NCBI GenBank assembly: GCA_016927655.1
Contig: JAFGMG010000005.1
Span: 75,991 to 139,990 of the forward strand
Direction of reading: 5' to 3'
DNA: 64,000 nt
DNA from: Candidatus Dojkabacteria bacterium
Lineage (GTDB): Bacteria > Patescibacteriota > Dojkabacteria > B142 > JAFGMG01
In this document: piece by piece, positions 48,248 through 56,107 of the stretch
Numbering within the stretch: the stretch's first letter is position 1
Layout: each line of letters begins with the position of its first letter
The notes under the pieces: model-generated
The model's database searches: none
What the model saw: the letters and a program-made list of their open reading frames with translations, nothing else
What the model was told of the DNA's origin: nothing
Program-made: the position numbers and the translations under genes

Positions 48248-48637
48248 ATGAATGTAGAAATTTGGACTAAGTTGATTGATGGTGTTGAAGTATCAGTGAA
48301 AGTAATAGGGAAAAAGATTGGGAAGGATATGTATAAAATTATTAAAAACTCATATCTAGACTTAGATGATTCTACTGCAATTTGGGAATTTTTCCCAGGA
48401 GATGTCGTTGTCTGCAAGAAAAAAGGTGGTGAGTTGTTTGCACAATCGCTTGTAAATTCAATAATTAAAGATAGAGAAGTTTACTCGATGATATTTTTAG
48501 TTGTATCAAAGAATGGCGAGATTAGTGATGATGATATAGAAAAATTCCGACCTGAAATAAAGAAATTAAAGGAAAGTACAGATATTAAACAAAAGCTCCA
48601 TCCTGTGATTAAAACTTGGTTAAAAAAAGTAAAGTAG
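48248..48637 (+). CDS. Probable cognate immunity protein
   Basis: 129-aa AT-rich ORF 11 nt after the toxin stop; contains WEFFPGDVVVC. Call rests mainly on position. Confidence 0.75.
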   Translation: MNVEIWTKLIDGVEVSVKVIGKKIGKDMYKIIKNSYLDLDDSTAIWEFFPGDVVVCKKKGGELFAQSLVNSIIKDREVYSMIFLVVSKNGEISDDDIEKFRPEIKKLKESTDIKQKLHPVIKTWLKKVK

Positions 48638-48911
48638 GCTTAGCGATGCTTAAATTATTGAGTAATGGGGAATATAAAGCATTCGAGAATTATATTAATA
48701 ACAGAGATAAAGCTACAGTTTAAGAGATGCATTAATTTAAAAAATAATTTAAGTTTGAATTTAGGAGATCCTGGGGAGATTAGGCATGGCACGAATAAAT
48801 ATATATAATTATACAGAGATCTAGATTAATAGAAACTTAAGCATTTATTAATATTTACTCTACTCTTATTTACCCCTCTTGTGCTACAATTTCTTGAATT
48901 AGTTATTTCTT

Positions 48912-49763
48912 ATGTTGAATGATAGGGAAGTAAAATTGCCCCAGGATTTACCCTCTGGTACGCAGATTAGGTATAAAATTGGTGCAAGTGAAATCTATAT
49001 TGAAACTCACCGTGAAGTATGGACTCCAAGTGAATTTACAATAAATATGTGTAAACTACTTGATAGCGAGAATTTAAAGAATAAAGTAGTAATGGATTTT
49101 GCTTGTGGAAGTGGTATCCTTGGAATACTGGCGGCTAAAAAGGGAGCAAAAAGTGTTATATTTAGTGATATAAATCAGAGGGCACTTGATATGACAAAGA
49201 GAAATTGGAAATTAAATAATTTACCGATGAGGAGAATGAAGACGATTCGATCCGACTGTTATGAATATTTTCATCAAATAGACAGGAGATTGAAAGTTGA
49301 CGTGATAGTTTCAAATCCTCCGACAGCACCGGAAAATTTAACTACTAAACGACAAAAAAAATTAGCAGCTCAATGGAATGAAAATGGAGAAGATGCTAGA
49401 AAAGTCACGGATGCGTTAATAAAAGAAAGTGGGGACTTCTTGAATGAAAACGGAATTCTATTATTCGTGACGACAAATAAACAGGGACCTATTAGAACTT
49501 CCAAACTACTGAATAAACATTTTGGTAAAGGATTGCAAAAAAATAATCAAGTTGATCCTTTGGACTATATGGATACTGATAATGGGAAATATAACTGGAA
49601 AGTTATTAAAAGACTTAGATTGCTTCTTGATGAATGGTATTTTCCTTTTATAGAAAAATATAAAAATATCGCAATACTCAGAAACGAGCCATCTCCAATC
49701 TTAAGGAATGAAGAAGGGGAACTTATACAGCTTTTGTATTTTATAAAAGCGAATAAGTATTAG
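48912..49763 (+). CDS. Class I SAM-dependent methyltransferase (HemK/MTS-like)
   Basis: VMDFACGSGILG, SDIN, VDVIVSNPP. Confidence 0.9.
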   Translation: MLNDREVKLPQDLPSGTQIRYKIGASEIYIETHREVWTPSEFTINMCKLLDSENLKNKVVMDFACGSGILGILAAKKGAKSVIFSDINQRALDMTKRNWKLNNLPMRRMKTIRSDCYEYFHQIDRRLKVDVIVSNPPTAPENLTTKRQKKLAAQWNENGEDARKVTDALIKESGDFLNENGILLFVTTNKQGPIRTSKLLNKHFGKGLQKNNQVDPLDYMDTDNGKYNWKVIKRLRLLLDEWYFPFIEKYKNIAILRNEPSPILRNEEGELIQLLYFIKANKY

Positions 49764-50545
49764 CAGGAATTCCAGATGTTTTCGAAAATATTTTTAAAGG
49801 CCTTGTAAATTGATTCATTCCTCATATTTATTGCTATATAGGGCTTAAGAGACACCATTATAGAGACTTCATTTGAATAAATGATAAAAGTAGTCTGGAA
49901 ATCAAATGTGTCGGGAAGATATCTAGTCTCTCTGAGTTTGTTTTTATCAAGATATCTGAGTCTTTCTCCTTGTGTGTTTTTTACAACCAAAGATCGCATT
50001 TTTATCCTTTTTTTTAATCTTTGAGGAATGTAATGTGTCGAATCATAGTCTTCTGTAAATACTTGCCGCCAATATTGATGATTGGATAAAAATAATATTT
50101 CATTATCAGCATAGTCCAGGGATCTGCTACAAACATCCCGAAATCCCGTTATCCCTTCGTAATACCTTAGTAATGGGCTACTCTCCTTTCTCTCAAAAGA
50201 AGTTTCTATTAAAGGCAAGAGGTTATAAAGTTCGTTTTTCTGTTTTTTGACTTCTTCCTGTTGCTCTTCTATATAAATTTCTTTTGTCCTTATTAAGTTC
50301 TCTAATTTTTTGGGGTTTTCTGCTATTAATATTCTTTCCGAATTCTTAAAACCTTGCGATACTAGGCCCTTTGCTATCAATTTTTCTATAGTTCTGGTAA
50401 CAGTTGTTCGAGGAATGCCGCTTTGTTTTGTAATTGAAGCGATATTTCCCGATTTTAAGCTAAGTAACTCTAAATAGATTTTAGTTTCGTTGGGGCTGAA
50501 ACCAAGATCAGTAAAAATATTATCAATTTTCACATTTTCTTTCAT
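49760..50545 (-). CDS. TrmB-family transcriptional regulator
   Basis: LGFSPNETKIYLELL..SGIPRTTV...L..KGLV, AENP, YYEGITG, IYSNEVSI, FENIW. Confidence 0.9.
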   Translation of the reverse strand: MKENVKIDNIFTDLGFSPNETKIYLELLSLKSGNIASITKQSGIPRTTVTRTIEKLIAKGLVSQGFKNSERILIAENPKKLENLIRTKEIYIEEQQEEVKKQKNELYNLLPLIETSFERKESSPLLRYYEGITGFRDVCSRSLDYADNEILFLSNHQYWRQVFTEDYDSTHYIPQRLKKRIKMRSLVVKNTQGERLRYLDKNKLRETRYLPDTFDFQTTFIIYSNEVSIMVSLKPYIAINMRNESIYKAFKNIFENIWNSC

Positions 50546-50740
50546 ATGTTAAAGTCACTATTTTTGAATAACCACCGTTACGGTCGTTGTAGGTGCCCCC
50601 ATTATATAACAAAGACGGCTATATAATCAAGTATATTGGCTGCAGAAAATCGTTGATAACCGCTCTAGACAGTCAATACGAACTCATAATAGAATTAGTC
50701 GTCTTTTTGTTTTAATATTTAGCCGGTTAAAGTTATATAT

Positions 50741-50965
50741 ATGAAAAGCAAAATTCTTGGCTCGAAAATTAAATATTTTCGCAATAAGGCCGGATTTTCG
50801 CAGTTTGATCTGGAAAGTATCGTAGGATTTTCCCCCGGAAGTATCAGCAGGATCGAAAATGGTTTGACCATGCCAACCCTTGGGACTGTCTACAAAATTG
50901 CAAAAGCACTCGCACTTACAAAAGAAGAGACAATGGAGCTGTTTCTGGCGCAGAAAGAAAGCTAG
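50741..50965 (+). CDS. Stand-alone XRE-family HTH protein
   Basis: LGSKIKYFRNKAGFSQFDLE..GSISRIENG; similar to the HTHs of 51970-52770 and 52829-53623. Confidence 0.88.
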   Translation: MKSKILGSKIKYFRNKAGFSQFDLESIVGFSPGSISRIENGLTMPTLGTVYKIAKALALTKEETMELFLAQKES

Positions 50966-51029
50966 AAAAATATGGCAAATCCTCACTTCAAGCTAACACT
51001 TCCCCACTGATTATGTGGTATAAATCACC

Positions 51030-51938
51030 ATGAGCAGTCACCTTAATCAAAAACTCATTTTGCTGCTTATCATGCTTATTGCCTTGAGCCACTCCGTGGC
51101 TCTATGGGGGGATTTCCAAGAAGCCAAGGCAAAAAGGCGTTATATCTCCCAGGTAGGAGAACTTGCTGATGGAAGCAGGAAATTTTGGGCGCTGGTTGAA
51201 AAGGGAAACGAGCTGGCAAGACAGGGTGAAGAAGGCTTCTCCGAGGATGCCATGAAAGAATACTCGGCTTATATCGATTCTTACGTGGCGATCTATCAGT
51301 CCAATGCGCAAATCGCCGAATCAATACTGGTTGATGATGATTACAAAGAATACGCCTTCTACACTGATATCAAGGAAAATCTGCAGGAAATAATAGGATT
51401 TGAAGATAAAGTTGGGGAAAATTTAAGTGCCAGGAAATATTTTATGAAATATTTTGTTTCCGTTTATGATGCTTTGAGCAATGAGAATTTGACACAATAT
51501 GACACAAAAGTTGAGGCAGGAATTGCGGATTATGATCTGCTCATCAATGGCTACTTCGAAGTTGTGGAAGATCTCGGTTCGATAACGCCTCCAAGTTATA
51601 TGGTTGAGTATCATGCCAATATGACTGCGTATTATTCTGAGCTAAAAAGGCTTTTTGTTAAATTAAAAAGTATCACTTATCAATTGGCAGAAATGAAACG
51701 TGATCCGAAGAAATATTCTCCCCGGGTGTGGGACGCTGTGTATATAAATCAAAGTGAGAATGACCGGGAATTTGATGAATTGTTCAAAAGCAATCCCTAC
51801 GCGGCAAATGATGATTATATGTCTGAGTTTGTCCCGGCCGCTTTTTCCGGGAAAAGCAGTGAGCAGCTGCGCGCGGAAGAAATGAAATATATACGTGCCT
51901 TGGGAGGTGTGGTTGAGGAGCGGGAGGGGTGGGAATAG
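51030..51938 (+). CDS. Membrane-anchored/secreted helical hypothetical protein
   Basis: 302 aa with N-terminal hydrophobic segment; tggtataaa 5 nt before the ATG. Confidence 0.7.
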   Translation: MSSHLNQKLILLLIMLIALSHSVALWGDFQEAKAKRRYISQVGELADGSRKFWALVEKGNELARQGEEGFSEDAMKEYSAYIDSYVAIYQSNAQIAESILVDDDYKEYAFYTDIKENLQEIIGFEDKVGENLSARKYFMKYFVSVYDALSNENLTQYDTKVEAGIADYDLLINGYFEVVEDLGSITPPSYMVEYHANMTAYYSELKRLFVKLKSITYQLAEMKRDPKKYSPRVWDAVYINQSENDREFDELFKSNPYAANDDYMSEFVPAAFSGKSSEQLRAEEMKYIRALGGVVEEREGWE

Positions 51939-51969
51939 GTGGATACTGACAATTACAAACGTAGTTTTT

Positions 51970-52770
51970 CTAAATAAATTTTTGAAGAAGTTTTATTACG
52001 TAGTTTGTTGGGGTATATTCAACGATTCTGAACCTAGGGAATTTTGGTAGCGTTTCGTTTGTATATAACATTCTAATTTTTTTACCCTGATAATCAAAAT
52101 ATACAGTCCTAGATTCTTCTGTCCTGACCCTTTGCGATTTGCCTTCATAAAATTCCTTCCAGATTTTCTTTAAAAATGCCTCCTGTTCTATCCAATACAC
52201 AATTTCTGTGTAGAATGGATCTCCGATCATAAAGTTCATTTCGTCCCAAGTCCGATTGAATGCAAAGTATAAGGACTCTTTAAAATCCTCTGTTTCAATA
52301 TACTTTCTAAGACCAAGTGATGGATCTAAAATTATCTGTGGCATAGTTTTCCCCAAAAAAGCAACTTCGGCGGTTTGATCTAAAGCTAGAAGTTTTTTAA
52401 ATCCTACTGAAATATCGAGCATTCTAGATCTATCATCAAGTAAATAAGCTAAAATGGTCTTATTGCTAAAATGTCCGCGGACTTCGTTCCGCGCCTCCTG
52501 GATATCTTCTTCGGTAGCAGGCTTTGCTAATTCGCCGATTAGGTAGGATATTTCTAAGCCAGATAGTTTTATAACAGCGATAATCTTTTGTATTGTTTCT
52601 TTCGTAGGATTAATAAATCCTTTTTCTATTCTGGAGATCATGCCGGCACTGGCGTTGATTTCGGTTTCGAGCTCGAGTTGTGAAAGCCCCGATCTTTTAC
52701 GGAAATATTTCAGTTTTTCGCCGAGTGTTGGGAATTTTGGTTTTATTTCTTCTTTTGTGTTCATTGGCAA
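51970..52770 (-). CDS. XRE HTH plus PAS-like (MmyB-like) ligand-binding regulator
   Basis: HTH LGEKLKYFRKRSGLSQLELE..MISRIE followed by AYLLDDRSRML..GFKKLL. Start may be the ATG at 52764. Confidence 0.8.
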   Translation of the reverse strand: MPMNTKEEIKPKFPTLGEKLKYFRKRSGLSQLELETEINASAGMISRIEKGFINPTKETIQKIIAVIKLSGLEISYLIGELAKPATEEDIQEARNEVRGHFSNKTILAYLLDDRSRMLDISVGFKKLLALDQTAEVAFLGKTMPQIILDPSLGLRKYIETEDFKESLYFAFNRTWDEMNFMIGDPFYTEIVYWIEQEAFLKKIWKEFYEGKSQRVRTEESRTVYFDYQGKKIRMLYTNETLPKFPRFRIVEYTPTNYVIKLLQKFI

Positions 52771-52785
52771 GTTGTTTTATATATC

Positions 52786-52803
52786 TGATATAATTATATA
52801 TCA
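52786..52803. promoter_or_regulatory. Inverted repeat overlapping an extended -10 between the divergent regulators
   Basis: tgatata-atta-tatatca (7-4-7), containing TGaTATAAT on the + strand, within a 58-bp divergent gap. Confidence 0.5.
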
Positions 52804-52828
52804 AAATGCAAGTTATTAGCGAATATCC

Positions 52829-53623
52829 GTGGGAAATACTTTAGGGCAGAATAGTCTAGGCCGAAAAATCAGATTCTTCAGAAAAAGGGCTGAGATGAGC
52901 CAGATGGAGCTTGAAATGGAGATTGATGGTAGTGCTGGGATGATTTCTAGAATTGAAAGCGATAAAGTCAATCCGAGTAAGGAGACTATAAATGATATTG
53001 CCAAGGTGTTGAAATTAAACAAAAGGGAAATTGATTATATGATAGGCGCTTCCGCGAATCCTGTTAGTGAAAAAGAAATCGAAGCAGCCCGAGGCGAAGT
53101 AGGAGAATATTTTTCCAGATTAAATGTTTTTGCATATCTAATTTGTGACCGGCAGAGAATCTGGTTATTGTCGAGGGGATTTTACAAAATGTTCGCCCCC
53201 GTTGTTGATGATCCCGAAAAAGTCTCAAGAGAAGTTCAGAATGGGTCGCAGATTATTAGAATAATGCTTGATTCGAGTTTGGGAATTAATACTTATCTTG
53301 ATCAGGAATCATTAAAGGAGATGCTATGCTACAATTTATCTAGGTTCTATCTCGAGTTGGATTTCATTACAGATGATGAGAATATTACAAATACAATTAA
53401 AATGATTGAATCACACCCGATTGCAGGAAAGATCTGGGATAGAATTAAACTTCAAAAAGAAATAAATACGACGGAGCTAGATTCTAGGACGGCAACATTT
53501 ATGATACATGGATTAAAAGTCAGGCTTAGATATGGAAGAGAGTATTTAAATTCAAATCCCAGATTTGAGGTGATTGAATATGTCCCGACAAATAGATTGA
53601 TAAAGTTATTATCAAGATTTTAA
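52829..53623 (+). CDS. XRE HTH plus PAS-like (MmyB-like) regulator, paralogue of 51970-52770
   Basis: Aligns end to end with its divergent neighbour (AGMISRIE, NP.KETI, AR.EV..F, LD.SLG, PRF..EY.PTN..IKLL). Confidence 0.82.
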   Translation: MGNTLGQNSLGRKIRFFRKRAEMSQMELEMEIDGSAGMISRIESDKVNPSKETINDIAKVLKLNKREIDYMIGASANPVSEKEIEAARGEVGEYFSRLNVFAYLICDRQRIWLLSRGFYKMFAPVVDDPEKVSREVQNGSQIIRIMLDSSLGINTYLDQESLKEMLCYNLSRFYLELDFITDDENITNTIKMIESHPIAGKIWDRIKLQKEINTTELDSRTATFMIHGLKVRLRYGREYLNSNPRFEVIEYVPTNRLIKLLSRF

Positions 53624-53686
53624 TTCTTGTAATTGGTACGAAAAATTATATTAATGGACTTTGATTTAAAATAATTAAATAAAAGT

Positions 53687-54808
53687 ATGAGTACTACTGA
53701 TGAAGCAACTCCCTATAAGGATGTGAAAATAAAAGCAGGAGAATTAGGTGTAAGAGAGGGGCTTATCTTACTTGATAATGTGACTAATCAACAAGAATAT
53801 ATGAATTTGTATAGAGAAGCGCTGCCAAATTTGTTTTCTGAAGATTTGACAGTAGAGTATGAGCGTTTTGATTTTGAACCCGGAGGGATTCTACACTCCT
53901 TTCCTGCCTTGAGGATTGGTAGAAAAGATGAAGAAGAACAACCATCTAAAAATATTTTTATCATGTTTGACGGTTTATTTAATGCTGCTCCGACTCATGA
54001 TAAATTCATATGGAATTTAACCCGTGAAATGCCAAACACACAGGTATACTATTTGCCTTGGCCTGGTTCACAATTCCATCAACCAGAGGTGGTTGGTGAT
54101 GAGGTATTCTTAGGCATGACAGGGGAACAAATGCTAAATATGATGCTTGATATGAAAATTCAGGCTCTTCGCAAACTAAGGGAGCAAAATCCAGATGCAG
54201 TACTTGTATCTATGGATTTTTCAAGAGGAAATGTTTATCAGTTTGTTGATGTTGCGTATGGAGATGCGATGCCTGAAATCTATCCGGAGAACAGATATGA
54301 AAAAGCTTTAGAAGTTTGTAATGCTTATAGCTTAAGTATTTCTCCTGCAATCGGACCGTTACCACTAATTGACAATATCAAGGTTAATGGATTATTGCGT
54401 ATAATAGCAAGGGATGATGAGGTCCTGTTCTCAAAATTTAGAGATAAGAGGACTATTCGCGAGCTAGCAGGAAGAGAGAGGCTTGATGAAGGAGATCTAT
54501 TAGTTGAGGCTACTCGTGCGACAACGTGTGGTCCGAATCTCAGTGCCTTAGTTTTTGCTCAAAACAGGCTTGCAAAACGTTTAGCTAGTAAAGGGACTAT
54601 TTTGCCTCAAAGTGCTAGAAAACGTTTCATTTATGGGGAGCAAGATGTAATTGCTTCACAAGATGTTGTTGTTGGGGCACTAGGTGTAGACATAGTTAAA
54701 GAAATAGAGTTTATGTATCATGATGAACATGCTAGGTATCCCCATCACTTGGCTAAACAGGTTATGTATACGCTTGAATCTCTTGCAAACAAAGGTGTTT
54801 CTGTTTAA
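53687..54808 (+). CDS. Divergent alpha/beta-hydrolase-fold protein
   Basis: IFIMFDGL (HG-like), YYLPWPG, elbow-like DFSRG, ISPA, FIYGEQDVI and MYHD occur in the expected order. Confidence 0.5.
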   Translation: MSTTDEATPYKDVKIKAGELGVREGLILLDNVTNQQEYMNLYREALPNLFSEDLTVEYERFDFEPGGILHSFPALRIGRKDEEEQPSKNIFIMFDGLFNAAPTHDKFIWNLTREMPNTQVYYLPWPGSQFHQPEVVGDEVFLGMTGEQMLNMMLDMKIQALRKLREQNPDAVLVSMDFSRGNVYQFVDVAYGDAMPEIYPENRYEKALEVCNAYSLSISPAIGPLPLIDNIKVNGLLRIIARDDEVLFSKFRDKRTIRELAGRERLDEGDLLVEATRATTCGPNLSALVFAQNRLAKRLASKGTILPQSARKRFIYGEQDVIASQDVVVGALGVDIVKEIEFMYHDEHARYPHHLAKQVMYTLESLANKGVSV

Positions 54809-54836
54809 TATAAGATAGGTTTTTGTTATTCATGTT

Positions 54837-56105
54837 ATGAAAGTATTATTTACGCCAATTACAACAAGTTCTATCGCACATATTATTCGTAGTATGGCTG
54901 TTGCAGATGAGATGCAAAGGCGTGGGCATGATGTTTTCTTTACCTCCTGTACTGAAAAGAAGCCGTTCATAGAAAATAGAGGATATAAAGTTATAGCTAC
55001 ACATACCCCTGTTAATATGAATGATAAGGAAGATCAATCAATTAATTATTTAAAAGATAATCATGAGAAATTTGTTGATTGGTTTTCTGCGGAGATAGAA
55101 GCAGCAAGGGAACTTAGACCGGATGTAGTTGTTGCAGCTTCTGGCTTGTTTGGGCCACATCCTTCCCATGCTGATGGTTTTCCTGTTGTCCAAATAATGG
55201 ATTCTCAATATTTCCCAGAATCGAAGGGAATGATGGGAATTTCTTTAGCAAAAGATACTCTAAGAAATAGAATTATTCGTCCTATTCTGCGTCCATTGTT
55301 TGAGAAAAAGTTTATTGAGTTATACCTGTCTGAAGTCTTGGATATATATAAGGAGCTTGGAATTGATTCTTCGGGAATAAAAGATAGAAAGACTTTGTAT
55401 GCTCCAAGTCTTGTGTTAATTCCTGCTGATGATGTTTTTGAACCTTTGTATAAAACGAGAGCAAACACTTACCATATAGGTCCGCTGTTCTGGGATGGAT
55501 TTGAGACAATGGATACAGATCTTACTGATACAAAGATTAAAGATTTTAAAGGCGACGAGAAACTTGTATTTTTAACTTTTGGAGCAAGCGTATTTGATAG
55601 GGAAATTTATAATAAAATACTGGATGAACTTATAAATAATGAGCATAAGATGATCGTGTGTCTTGGTCCGAACTGGAAAAGGGAGGATTTCCCTGATGAT
55701 AATAAGCATTTTCTGATCAGAAGATATGTCCCGGGGTTACGTGTCTCAAGATATGCTGATTTGATAATCAATACAGGCTCTCAAGGGGCGATTATGCAAG
55801 GACTTACTTTCGGAAAACCTCAAGTATCGTTTCCAACGACTATTGACCAGTCCTTTTTTGCAAATAGGCTTGAAGAACTGGGTCTGGGTATCAATGTAAA
55901 TAAAATTGGGCTTGCAAAATTTGCAAAAAGAGAAAACTACACCTTGTTCCCGAAGGAGATACCAGATAGAATAATAAAAGCAATAAATATCATTTTGGGG
56001 GATGCTTCTTTTGAGATTAAGGCTTCTGCACATGCAAAAGTTTTGAAATCTTATAAGAATTCTCCATTAAGGGCTGTTGAACTTATAGAAGCTTTTATCA
56101 AATAA
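54837..56105 (+). CDS. GT1-family (MGT/UDP-glycosyltransferase-like) glycosyltransferase
   Basis: MKVLF..AHIIRSMAVADEMQRRGHDV, RPDVVV, VFLTFG, YVPG..ADLIINTG.G...GKPQV.P..DQ..A.RLEELGLG. Confidence 0.9.
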   Translation: MKVLFTPITTSSIAHIIRSMAVADEMQRRGHDVFFTSCTEKKPFIENRGYKVIATHTPVNMNDKEDQSINYLKDNHEKFVDWFSAEIEAARELRPDVVVAASGLFGPHPSHADGFPVVQIMDSQYFPESKGMMGISLAKDTLRNRIIRPILRPLFEKKFIELYLSEVLDIYKELGIDSSGIKDRKTLYAPSLVLIPADDVFEPLYKTRANTYHIGPLFWDGFETMDTDLTDTKIKDFKGDEKLVFLTFGASVFDREIYNKILDELINNEHKMIVCLGPNWKREDFPDDNKHFLIRRYVPGLRVSRYADLIINTGSQGAIMQGLTFGKPQVSFPTTIDQSFFANRLEELGLGINVNKIGLAKFAKRENYTLFPKEIPDRIIKAINIILGDASFEIKASAHAKVLKSYKNSPLRAVELIEAFIK

Positions 56106-56107
56106 TA

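Noticed and set aside
48912-49763. Methyltransferase as a restriction-modification DNA MTase
   Set aside because: NPPT in a HemK/MTS-like layout, with no target-recognition domain or nuclease partner; the substrate is unresolved.
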